Of a stretch of DNA of 64,000 nucleotides, positions 49,657-59,145 are shown in pieces. The stretch lies in assembly GCA_964583985.1 (NCBI GenBank), contig CAZOYD010000005.1, forward strand, positions 24,696 to 88,695. The letters run 5' to 3'. Under the pieces are notes generated by a model. The model saw only the letters and a program-made list of their open reading frames with translations. It was not told the origin of the DNA and did not search any database. This stretch comes from an uncultured archaeon. Lineage in GTDB: Archaea > Asgardarchaeota > Lokiarchaeia > Sigyniarchaeales > SOKP01. Every line of letters starts with the position of its first letter. Position 1 is the stretch's first letter. A program made the translations under genes and the position numbers.

Positions 49657-50586
49657 ATGACTGAGAAAAAGATATTTTCCAAATTAGGAGAAAAACTTGC
49701 CAGTGGTGAATTCATATTAACAGGAGAGCTTGAACCAGAGAAAACGACAGATTTAAGCCATACGATTCACGAAGCGAAAGAGATGGCTCCATATGTGGTT
49801 GCCGCAAATATGACCGATAGTCCTTTAGGAATCGTAACAATTAATAGCATGGCTGCTACCCATATAATTCAGCGTGAATCAGGGTTGGAATGCATTTGGC
49901 AGTTGACAGTTAGGGATGTGAATAAATTAGGTATTGCTGGTATGTTGATGGGAGCTCATGCTTTAGGTATAAGAAATATCCTCTCACTCACGGGAGATCA
50001 TACCGCTTTAGGAGATATGCCAGAAAGTAAACCAGTTTTTGATTTAGATTCCGCGACTTTAGTTAAGTTAGTACGAGAGATGGTTGATAAGGGGTCAATA
50101 AATGGACATGAAATAGAGGCTCCACCTACATTACATGTTGGTGCTGCTGCAAATCCTAATGCCAATCCAATGGAGGCAGAAATCCTTAAAATTGGGCGAA
50201 AAGCTGAGGCTGGGGCTGAATTCATTCAAACTCAAGTTGTATATGATTTAGATAAGACTATTGAATTTTTATCAGCTATTAAAAAGTATAAAGTACCCGT
50301 TTTATTAGGGATATTCCCAATGAAGAGCTATGGTATAGCAAAAGGTTTTGATGAGTTTGTTCCAGGCGTGAGTGTACCTAAAGAGATATTAGCACGTTGG
50401 AAATCTATTAAAAAGGATTTTTCTGATAAGAAAATGCAAAATGAAGCCTACGATCAAGCCAATTATGAATTTTTCAAGCCTTTCATTTCTGAACTCAAAC
50501 AGAAGAAACTCTTGGCAGGAGTTCACTGCATGGCGGTCCATTATCCCAGAATATTTCCCAAATTACGAGAAGTTGTTTTTAATTAA
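49657..50586 (+). CDS. metF: MetF paralog 2
   Basis: TGELEP, ANMTD, QLTVRD, LTGDH, FIQTQ, GVHCM; ATG 49657 with GGAGGT SD. Confidence 0.93.
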   Translation: MTEKKIFSKLGEKLASGEFILTGELEPEKTTDLSHTIHEAKEMAPYVVAANMTDSPLGIVTINSMAATHIIQRESGLECIWQLTVRDVNKLGIAGMLMGAHALGIRNILSLTGDHTALGDMPESKPVFDLDSATLVKLVREMVDKGSINGHEIEAPPTLHVGAAANPNANPMEAEILKIGRKAEAGAEFIQTQVVYDLDKTIEFLSAIKKYKVPVLLGIFPMKSYGIAKGFDEFVPGVSVPKEILARWKSIKKDFSDKKMQNEAYDQANYEFFKPFISELKQKKLLAGVHCMAVHYPRIFPKLREVVFN

Positions 50587-50799
50587 AAAAAGAGAATAAA
50601 TGGCAAGTTGTATAATTTATTCTCATTTTATTTTATTTATTTTTGTCCTGATTCGAAATTATATGAGGAACGACTTTTTTTATTTATGGATTAAATTTTA
50701 CTTTTGGTTATTATAATCTATAAAATCTAAATTTATATTTCGTTAAAAGATCAGATATATAAAGATAGAAATTTAACATGTATAGGTAAGGGAATTCAC

Positions 50800-51933
50800 A
50801 TGACATATAATAATATTGAAATGGAGCTTTTTAAACACGGATTCGAAAAATCTCCAAATTCGCGAGTTCTTGCAGAATATCGAAATGAAGATGTAGCCAT
50901 ACTTCGAGTCAATAAGGCATTTATGGATTATTATGGATACCAAGAAGATGAAGTCATTGGGAAGAATCCACGGATATTAAATTCTAAGAAGATGGATGAT
51001 GAGTATTTCCAGAATATGTGGGCATCAATATTAGACCCCAAAATTGGGTTTTGGAGAGAGGAAATAATAAATAAGAAGAAGAATGGAGAATTCATTAACG
51101 TTATTCTGACAATTAGTACAATTTTTGACGAAAAGGAAGCGCCGAAGTACTTTACGGCTTACCATGTAGATATAACCCGCCAAAAAAACGCGGAAAAAAA
51201 ATTGAGAGAAGCAGAATTAAAGTCTAAAAAAGCATATAAACAAGTAGACTTTTATAAGGATATTTTTGCACATGACATGAATAATGTATTACAGATTATA
51301 CTTTCATCAGCAGAACTAACATCGCTCTATTTGGATTCACCTGAAAAATTATCTACAATTAAAGGATTGACTAAATCCATTTTAGATCAAGTATCTAGAG
51401 GAAAGAAACTAATTGAAACTGTTCAAAAGCTTTCAAAAGTCGAAAATTCTAAACAAGAACTCAAAAAAATGATGATAGATCCCGTTTTAGATGAATCAAT
51501 CGAATTTATTAGCCACAATATTCAAAATAAGAAAGTGAATGTTCAAGTCGACCTTCATGAAAATCATTTAGTAGTAAATGCCAATGATCTGTTAAGAGAT
51601 GTATTTGAAAATTTGCTTTATAATGGTGTGATACATAATGACAATGAAGATGTGGAGATTTCAGTGAAAATTTCCAACATAAAGAAAAAATTAAAATCGT
51701 TCATTAAAATGGAGTTCAGTGATAATGGGTTGGGTATTGAAGATGAAAGAAAAGAAGCAATCTTTGAAAAAAGCGCAATTATTAATAAAGGGGGTCTTAG
51801 CATGGGATTAGGTCTATCTTTAGTCAAGAAAATCTTGGAGACTTATAATGGAACTATCTGGATTGAAGATAAAGTTCCTGGAGATCATACAAAAGGGAGC
51901 AATTTTATTTTATTACTTCCAGAAGCTAAATAA
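50800..51933 (+). CDS. PAS-domain sensor histidine kinase
   Basis: PAS VNKAF...GY...VIGKNPRIL, H-box FAHDMNN, N-box NLLYNG, DNGLGI, GLGLS. Confidence 0.93.
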   Translation: MTYNNIEMELFKHGFEKSPNSRVLAEYRNEDVAILRVNKAFMDYYGYQEDEVIGKNPRILNSKKMDDEYFQNMWASILDPKIGFWREEIINKKKNGEFINVILTISTIFDEKEAPKYFTAYHVDITRQKNAEKKLREAELKSKKAYKQVDFYKDIFAHDMNNVLQIILSSAELTSLYLDSPEKLSTIKGLTKSILDQVSRGKKLIETVQKLSKVENSKQELKKMMIDPVLDESIEFISHNIQNKKVNVQVDLHENHLVVNANDLLRDVFENLLYNGVIHNDNEDVEISVKISNIKKKLKSFIKMEFSDNGLGIEDERKEAIFEKSAIINKGGLSMGLGLSLVKKILETYNGTIWIEDKVPGDHTKGSNFILLLPEAK

Positions 51934-51987
51934 AACTTTTAAATCATTACTATAAACTTTTTATGTTATATTTATTCCTTTGAAAGT

Positions 51988-53514
51988 ATGGAAACATATG
52001 ATTTGGTTGTTATTGGTTCTGGAGCTGGGTTAAATGTTCTTAAATACGGTCTTCAAATGGGATTAAAATGTGCTCTAGTTGAAGATACAAAAATCGGAGC
52101 TACTTGTCTGACTCGGGGGTGCATTCCTTCAAAAGTGCTAGTACATCCTGCGGATTTGATAAGAGAAGCGGAGCATGCAAGCAAGGTAGGAATAAAATTT
52201 AGAGTGGAAAAAATTGATTGGAACTTGATTGCAAAAAGGATGTGGAGTCAAATAGATGAGAATATTGTTATAGAAGAGAGTTTATCTCACGTTGAAAATT
52301 TAATGCTTTTTAAAGGAAACGGTGAGTTTGTAGGAGAATACGAGATGCAGGTGAAATCTATAGAATCCGGAAAGATTATAGGGCACTTTAAAGGAGACAA
52401 ATACGTGATAGCTTCTGGAGCTCGATCTTTTATACCCCCCATACAAGGTTTAAAAGAAATAGAGTATATTACAAATGAAAATTTCTTTGGAGATAAATTT
52501 CCAGAAAAACCTTGGGAAAGTTTGATCATTATAGGAGGTGGGGTGATTGCAGCTGAATTTGCCCATATTTTTTCAGCTTTTGGCACAAAAGTGACTATTG
52601 TAGAGATGTTACCCCGATTAGTCATGACAGAAGAACCTGAAATAAGCACATTTTTAGAACGCAATTTAAAGAAATACATGGCTGTTCTGGTTAATCATAA
52701 AGCGATAAAAGTAAGTTCAAACAAAAAAGAAAAGCAAGTTACTGTTCAAGATGTTAATAGCGGGGAAAAGAAGGATTTAAAAGCAGAAGAAATATTGGTT
52801 GCAACAGGACGGCAATCTAATGCTGATAAATTAAAAGTAAAGAATACAGGAGTAGAAACCGATAAGCATGGGTGGATCATCACTTCAAAATACTTAGAAA
52901 CTTCAAAACCAAATATTTGGTGTTTTGGGGATGCTAATGGACTTTACCAATTTAGACATAAGGCGAATTATGAATCTGATCTCTGTGCTAATAACATTTT
53001 TGGTCCTGAGAGCGAAAAAAGGGAAGTTGATTATTCGGTTGTACCTTGGGCAATCTTTACATCGCCTCAAATTGGTCATGTGGGCATGACTCAAGAAGAA
53101 GCAATCAGCAAAGGATATGAGATATTCGTCGCTGTCAAAAATTATTCTACAGTAGCGAAAGGTTTTGCGATGGGTTATAATGAAGATGACATTGATGATG
53201 GGTTTGTCAAATTAATCATAGACAAATCATATAAATTATTAGGGGCACACGTGGTTGGTCCTCATGCAGCATTACTTGTCCAACCATTTGTCTATTTAAT
53301 GAATGCTGGTTATACATGTGATTCGCCAGAATTTCCGGCAAGAACAGGACCTCATAAGTTAGGTAGATCATGCCCAGAAGCGGGATCTTTTATGCCTGTA
53401 TATAAATCAATGGTGATACATCCTTCTCTCAATGAAGTAGCAGGTTGGGCTATTGGGAACATGCAACCCGTAAACATTATAATGAAAAATCATGAACATC
53501 ATCATGGGGAATAA
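51988..53514 (+). CDS. Pyridine nucleotide-disulfide oxidoreductase (dihydrolipoamide dehydrogenase / mycothione reductase-like)
   Basis: IGSGAG, GATCLTRGCIPSK, IGGGVIAAE, FGD, HPSLNE. Confidence 0.9.
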   Translation: METYDLVVIGSGAGLNVLKYGLQMGLKCALVEDTKIGATCLTRGCIPSKVLVHPADLIREAEHASKVGIKFRVEKIDWNLIAKRMWSQIDENIVIEESLSHVENLMLFKGNGEFVGEYEMQVKSIESGKIIGHFKGDKYVIASGARSFIPPIQGLKEIEYITNENFFGDKFPEKPWESLIIIGGGVIAAEFAHIFSAFGTKVTIVEMLPRLVMTEEPEISTFLERNLKKYMAVLVNHKAIKVSSNKKEKQVTVQDVNSGEKKDLKAEEILVATGRQSNADKLKVKNTGVETDKHGWIITSKYLETSKPNIWCFGDANGLYQFRHKANYESDLCANNIFGPESEKREVDYSVVPWAIFTSPQIGHVGMTQEEAISKGYEIFVAVKNYSTVAKGFAMGYNEDDIDDGFVKLIIDKSYKLLGAHVVGPHAALLVQPFVYLMNAGYTCDSPEFPARTGPHKLGRSCPEAGSFMPVYKSMVIHPSLNEVAGWAIGNMQPVNIIMKNHEHHHGE

Positions 53515-53543
53515 TTCTTTTTTTATATTAATTTCAATTTTAA

Positions 53544-55526
53544 TTGTCAGATTTGAATGAAAACTTCAAATATTTTGATTCTTTCAACAATCTTAGAATA
53601 ATGAATTTGAAGAAAAACATTATAGGTCAAGTTTATACTCCTGATTATATGGCAGATTTTATGGTTCAAAACATTAAAAATCAATATTTGACCATTCATG
53701 ATAACCTTGATCACGTTGAAGTTCTTGAACCTTGCGCTGGAGAAGGAATATTCCTTAGAACTCTCTTACATAGAGGATTTAAAAATATAACAGCATATGA
53801 ATTAGATCCCAATCTAATTAAGAGTCTTTCAGAACATTTTCCAAACATAAAATTCAATTTTTCAAATTTTTTAGGATCAGATCCTTATGAGAAATATGAC
53901 ATTATCATTGGAAATCCTCCTTATTTAGGTCAGAATTATAATGCTGATCTTTTTCATGAGCTCGTAATGGAATTTCCAATTTGTCGGAAATACTTCGTAG
54001 GAAATATGGATCTATTTTATTATTTTATCCATCTTGGAATTTTAAAATTAAAACCTGGTGGACTTTTATCTTATATAACTACTAATTATTGGTTAACTAA
54101 ATCTAATAAAACTGGAATAAAATCTCTCAAGCCTCATATTGCCAACGATTGTTATATTTTACAATACATTGATTTATCGCAATTAAAGATATTTAAAGAT
54201 GCCCTGGGGCAAGAGAATTGCATATTTATCCTTCAAAAAAAGAACATGCAAGAAAAAGAAAATTACATTGACAGATCAATTCAGGTCATTCAAGTTAAAA
54301 AAACTATAGAACCTTTAGCATTATATAATCAATATTGTAAGAGTATATTTTCTAATATATTGAAGAATTACCCCACTAACTCATTCATACAATATACTTC
54401 TGCTATAACAAATAATGGTTTAGGGAAATATGATAATTGGAATTTGCTTTATCCAAGAGAAGTGGAAGAAATTATTACTCAAATAGAGAATTATTGTAAG
54501 AAAAACGAAAAAATAACCTTTTTAGGAGACTTTTTCACCATAAGAAATGGATTGATATTAATTAAAGATGATATATTTATTTTAAAAGAAAATAGGCAGA
54601 TATTGATTGAGAAAAATGATATACTAATAAAAATTAATAACCAATTCATCAGACTTAACTCGCTTGAGAAAAAACGATTAAAAAAAATCTATAAAAGTCG
54701 GTCCATTATACCTTATGGGTATCTTTCTTATGAACTCGAAGGTTATGTAATCTATTTTAATAAATTTGAATTTAAAGAATTGGAAAATAGAGATACAGAG
54801 AGTCAAATATCAAGAATTTATCCCAATTTAACTAAATATTTGAAACAATTTGAAAAAGAATTAACCGAAATATTAAAAAATGCAAATGAAAATCCAAAAA
54901 ACATTTACTATCCTCGTCGAGGAAGTCATATAAAGCAAGAAAAAGGCCGTGTTTTAATTGATTTGGAACCATTATATGATAAAAGCCCCAAGATCTTTTT
55001 CAAATTTATCTCTCAAGAAAACATATTTGGATATACTAAGGATCAATACTATGCCACTTCAGATACTTATTTTTTATGGCCCAAAAAACCTGCTGAATTT
55101 TCATGTTTATTTCTAATTGCGTATTTAAATTCCAACGTTGTACGATTCATTTCTAAATCAAGAGGTTTATCAATGAAAAGGAGTAAAACTAATATTGAAA
55201 AAAGAATCCCCATACCGATCTTTAGTGAATTCAAATCCAAGGATAAAGATTCCATCATTGAATTAATTGAAATATTAGCAAAACTTCTTGTAATCCTAAC
55301 AAATCGAAATGATGCTCATGATGTCCAAGATATATTGGATGAATTAGAATTCAGTTCTTATATAAATAGTCCAGGGAATAATTTTTTTAAAGAAAAGAAT
55401 GAGAAATCAACAGATATTATTAGCAAAGGAGACATTAAATCATTAGTTGACAATCTATTTTGCAAACTCTTTGATTTAGATGGAAAAAGATTAGATTATT
55501 TAATGAGGGAATACTACCATGACTAA
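53544..55526 (+). CDS. Orphan adenine DNA methyltransferase (gamma class, Eco57I/TaqI-like)
   Basis: GQVYTP, LEPCAGEGIF, IIGNPPY, DLFYYF, C-terminal AYLNS. Confidence 0.88.
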   Translation: MSDLNENFKYFDSFNNLRIMNLKKNIIGQVYTPDYMADFMVQNIKNQYLTIHDNLDHVEVLEPCAGEGIFLRTLLHRGFKNITAYELDPNLIKSLSEHFPNIKFNFSNFLGSDPYEKYDIIIGNPPYLGQNYNADLFHELVMEFPICRKYFVGNMDLFYYFIHLGILKLKPGGLLSYITTNYWLTKSNKTGIKSLKPHIANDCYILQYIDLSQLKIFKDALGQENCIFILQKKNMQEKENYIDRSIQVIQVKKTIEPLALYNQYCKSIFSNILKNYPTNSFIQYTSAITNNGLGKYDNWNLLYPREVEEIITQIENYCKKNEKITFLGDFFTIRNGLILIKDDIFILKENRQILIEKNDILIKINNQFIRLNSLEKKRLKKIYKSRSIIPYGYLSYELEGYVIYFNKFEFKELENRDTESQISRIYPNLTKYLKQFEKELTEILKNANENPKNIYYPRRGSHIKQEKGRVLIDLEPLYDKSPKIFFKFISQENIFGYTKDQYYATSDTYFLWPKKPAEFSCLFLIAYLNSNVVRFISKSRGLSMKRSKTNIEKRIPIPIFSEFKSKDKDSIIELIEILAKLLVILTNRNDAHDVQDILDELEFSSYINSPGNNFFKEKNEKSTDIISKGDIKSLVDNLFCKLFDLDGKRLDYLMREYYHD

Positions 55527-55561
55527 TTAGAAAAACCAAATTTTCATGACCTCATAGTTAA

Positions 55562-56614
55562 ATGATAGAGTTTCCTAAATTCGATGATGTTGGGAGTTTT
55601 CCTTTACCCGATTATATCGATATTGACAAGTTCAAGCAATTTTACTGGGCGGGATACAAGGGAATATTAAATAATGCCGATATATTTGAGAACCGGGGGA
55701 TTTATAATTATTTTATTCACCCCTTTCTTCAATCTTTTCAATTAAAATTGAATGCTGGAGTAGAAATCATAAATTATCCCCAACTCATGGACATGTATAC
55801 TCAATTTCTAAAACCCCTTGAAGATTATGAAAAAGAACCTTCTTTAATTGATCCCCAAAAAGCTATTATTCCCGAACTATTTATCTTAGAATCTTTTACG
55901 AAAGATTATTTTGAAAGAACGGGAAATGCTCTAGAAATTAAAGTATGCATTACAGGACCTATAGAATTGTATATTAAAAAGTATGGGTTTACTGTATATC
56001 CCGATATTGTATTCAATTTTGCAAAATCCCTCAATTCCTTTCTTAAAAAATCCATAAAAAATTCTAAATACTTGCAAACTTCCGTTATCTCTATTGATGA
56101 ACCTTCATTTGGATATGTCGACATATTTAATATTGAAGACGATGCCTTGATTAAGGCATTTGATAAAACAGTGGAGGGAATAGATGCGGATATTCAAATA
56201 CATCTTCACACATTAAAAAAAAATGATGTTCCAATTCAATCAAAAAACATTGACGTGCTAACTTGCGAATATGCTTCTGATCATTCAAATGTTATCCCAA
56301 AAAAGGATTTGGATCATTATGATAAATATATTAGAGTTGGTATCACCAGAACCAATATCAATAGCATAATGGCCGAAAAATTGGATGCGGGGATATTATA
56401 TGATGAACTTAAAACATATGAGGGAACATTGAGTTTAATTGATTCTAAAGAATTCATCAAAAAAAATCTTCTTTTCGCAATAAATCATTATGAAGATCGC
56501 TTGAAATATATCGGACCTGATTGTGGATTAAAAGGATGGAATCCTCCACAAGTTGCGTATGAATTATTACGAAGAACCTATCAAGTTATCAAGGAAGTTA
56601 AAAATAATATTTAA
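55562..56614 (+). CDS. Core (single-barrel) methionine synthase, MesC-like
   Basis: DDVGSFPLP, NYPQ, CITGP, IDEPS, IHLH, E, GPDCGL. Confidence 0.8.
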   Translation: MIEFPKFDDVGSFPLPDYIDIDKFKQFYWAGYKGILNNADIFENRGIYNYFIHPFLQSFQLKLNAGVEIINYPQLMDMYTQFLKPLEDYEKEPSLIDPQKAIIPELFILESFTKDYFERTGNALEIKVCITGPIELYIKKYGFTVYPDIVFNFAKSLNSFLKKSIKNSKYLQTSVISIDEPSFGYVDIFNIEDDALIKAFDKTVEGIDADIQIHLHTLKKNDVPIQSKNIDVLTCEYASDHSNVIPKKDLDHYDKYIRVGITRTNINSIMAEKLDAGILYDELKTYEGTLSLIDSKEFIKKNLLFAINHYEDRLKYIGPDCGLKGWNPPQVAYELLRRTYQVIKEVKNNI

Positions 56615-56632
56615 AGTATTTTTAGTTATCTG

Positions 56633-57373
56633 ATGTCAATTACAATCTTTTTTGATGATGGAGGAGTTTTAAATGATAATAGAATTCGCGGGAAGCAATG
56701 GAAAAAATTAGTTGGGGAATATTATTATTCAAGATTTGGGGGCGCCCCAGAGATTTGGGGGGAAGCAAATCATAAGCTAATTACTGCTTTTTTTAGCGAT
56801 TTCAAGGGAGAGAAACGAAGAAAATTTAAAAATTATGAAGATTTTTATACAGATTTTAAGAAAAAGATGGTACTTGGGATGTTTAAAGAAGCTGGAAAGA
56901 ATCTTCCTAAAAATATCGACCTTATCGAAGTTTTTAATTCAACTAACCAATTTGTTATACCAAAAATTCGATCTGCCATACCCGGAATAATAGAGAGCAT
57001 AAAAGAACTAAGCTCAAATGGTTTTTCCCTTTGTACTGCAGCTGGGGCTGTATCAATTGAAATGAAGATGTACTTGGAAGGAATGGGCATTATCCAATAC
57101 TTTAAAAAGGTTTATGGGCCTGATTTAATTAACAAGTGGAAATCTAATCAAGATTATTATAGCACTATTTTTAAAAACCTTAATATAAATCCACGAACTG
57201 CGATAATTATTGATGATCAACCCCGATTTCTCGAAGCAGCCCTCCAAGCAGGGGCTAATGTCATTCAATCGTGTATAACCGGGGAATTTGAACCTCAATA
57301 TCAATTTTATGTAACAAATATGGAGAAACTTCCCCAAATTATCAATGATTTATTGAAATTTCATAATCTATAG
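56633..57373 (+). CDS. HAD-superfamily hydrolase
   Basis: FFDDGGVL motif I, K, IIDD motif IV. Confidence 0.85.
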   Translation: MSITIFFDDGGVLNDNRIRGKQWKKLVGEYYYSRFGGAPEIWGEANHKLITAFFSDFKGEKRRKFKNYEDFYTDFKKKMVLGMFKEAGKNLPKNIDLIEVFNSTNQFVIPKIRSAIPGIIESIKELSSNGFSLCTAAGAVSIEMKMYLEGMGIIQYFKKVYGPDLINKWKSNQDYYSTIFKNLNINPRTAIIIDDQPRFLEAALQAGANVIQSCITGEFEPQYQFYVTNMEKLPQIINDLLKFHNL

Positions 57374-58146
57374 AATTCAGGATGACGATCTTCAAATATG
57401 TTGTTATATAGATTCAATTGTTTATTTCTAGCTTTATTAATATCAATTTCTACAATTGCTACATCAGCATCATAATTTTGTGCTGAAGAGAGAATTTCTC
57501 CATTAATTGACGTAATTTGACTCCCTCCTGTAAAAAAAAAGTCATCCTCCCCCCTTTGTTCTCTTCCAATTCTATTGGATGTTATAGCATATACTCTATT
57601 GACCAAACAATGAGTTTGCATGGCTTTTTGACAATAAGGGAGGACCAAATTACTAGGATGAGCAATGATGTCTGCCCTTTCTAATGCTAATGTACGAATT
57701 GTTTCAGGAAAAAACCAATCAAAACAGATCATTACTCCTATATTCACTTCATTCACTTTGAAAACTTCTGGATATTTATTTCCGGGCAAAAACCACTTTT
57801 TTTCTTTGTTATAAAGATGTATTTTTCGATAAATTCCTATAAGTTTCTTATCATAAACTACCATTGCAGAATTATAAAAATTCTCTCCATCTTTTTCAGC
57901 AAATCCCCCAATTAATATAGCACCTGTTTTTTGGGATAAACTTTTCAAAAAATTTAAAGTTGGACCATCTATCTCTTCTGATAATAATTTTACTTCGTTC
58001 TTTGATGCAAAAGTATATCCCGTGGCAAATAATTCAGGAAGCACGAGTAAATCTGCTTTTACTTCATTTAATAATCCTTTTACTTGTTTAAAATTTTGTA
58101 CTTTCTCACCAAACAAGGGATTGGTTTGTACATAACCAATTTTCAA
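57361..58146 (-). CDS. Carbon-nitrogen hydrolase (nitrilase family)
   Basis: LPELF, YRKIHL, MICFDW catalytic triad; TTG start with AGGTGA SD. Confidence 0.93.
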   Translation of the reverse strand: MKIGYVQTNPLFGEKVQNFKQVKGLLNEVKADLLVLPELFATGYTFASKNEVKLLSEEIDGPTLNFLKSLSQKTGAILIGGFAEKDGENFYNSAMVVYDKKLIGIYRKIHLYNKEKKWFLPGNKYPEVFKVNEVNIGVMICFDWFFPETIRTLALERADIIAHPSNLVLPYCQKAMQTHCLVNRVYAITSNRIGREQRGEDDFFFTGGSQITSINGEILSSAQNYDADVAIVEIDINKARNKQLNLYNNIFEDRHPEFYRL

Positions 58147-58397
58147 CGATCATTCACCTATCAATTCATTCTTATAAATATAAATCGAATTACTCGTTAA
58201 AAAACATTTTTTAAATATGATTAAATTTACAATTATAACAATCAGTAATTTGATGTTTATCAGAATTAATTACAAGAGATTTTGATTTGGGCACCAATTC
58301 ATACTTCTTAAGTAAGATTTTAATAAATCAAACAATCATCTTCGAGTTTCTTTCTCTTATTGATTAAAATCGATACATTTTTATAGGTGAATAAATA

Positions 58398-58420
58398 TTT
58401 ATCAAGTAGAGATTGACAAA
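58398..58420. promoter_or_regulatory. Candidate heat-shock repressor operator
   Basis: TTTATCAA-N7-TTGACAAA (7/8 inverted repeat) just downstream of TTTTTATA near 58378. Confidence 0.5.
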
Positions 58421-58437
58421 AAAAGTATTACAAAATT

Positions 58438-59082
58438 GTGATAATAATGACGGATGATGATTTTGACGATTATGAGGACTTTTATGCGGATATTATGGAC
58501 AAATTTAAGAAATATTTTAAAATAGATCCCAATTTATCTGATATAGATTTCTTTTTTATACCCGAACCAATGAATTCTGAATTTGATTCCCAGAACCCAA
58601 ATATAAAAGGATTCAAGGTCTCGTATCATTTTGAATCTGGAATGGATAAACCTGAAATTCGAATTGAAGGTGATATCGATAAAAAAGAGATTGCTGAATA
58701 TTTAAAAGGGATAAAAATGCAGCAAAATCCTCGATTTAAAATTATGAGAAAGGATCAAAATCAACCAAAAGAAATTGATGCTAGCGAGTTTTTTTTAACG
58801 CCTTGTATAGAAGAAGAGGAAAAGTGTTCTCTTGAACCTTACTCAGAAATTAATTATCGTGAGGATTGCGTGGAAATTATTCTAGAAGTTCCAGGCGTTG
58901 AAAAAGGTCATTTAATTTTAAGTATAAGCAATGATGGACTAAAATTAAAGATCATTGCTAAAAATGCAATTCGTAATTTTGAAAAAGAAATCGAATTACC
59001 ATTTATATCTACTTTAGATGGACATTTAATAGATATTAACAATGGGATAGCTTCAATCATCGTTAAAAAGGAGAGTCTATAA
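58438..59082 (+). CDS. hsp20: Archaeal Hsp20-like small heat-shock protein
   Basis: GFKVSY...KPEIRIEG N-domain; alpha-crystallin ILEVPGVEK, EIELP, NNGIASI. Confidence 0.8.
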   Translation: MIIMTDDDFDDYEDFYADIMDKFKKYFKIDPNLSDIDFFFIPEPMNSEFDSQNPNIKGFKVSYHFESGMDKPEIRIEGDIDKKEIAEYLKGIKMQQNPRFKIMRKDQNQPKEIDASEFFLTPCIEEEEKCSLEPYSEINYREDCVEIILEVPGVEKGHLILSISNDGLKLKIIAKNAIRNFEKEIELPFISTLDGHLIDINNGIASIIVKKESL

Positions 59083-59145
59083 TTAAATGATTATTTTTAA
59101 TCGAATTTTAATAAATTAGAAAGAATATTATGAATATTTTAGAGC

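Noticed and set aside
53544-55526. Complete restriction-modification system or defence island
   Set aside because: No PD-(D/E)xK, HNH or helicase partner; flanks are housekeeping genes
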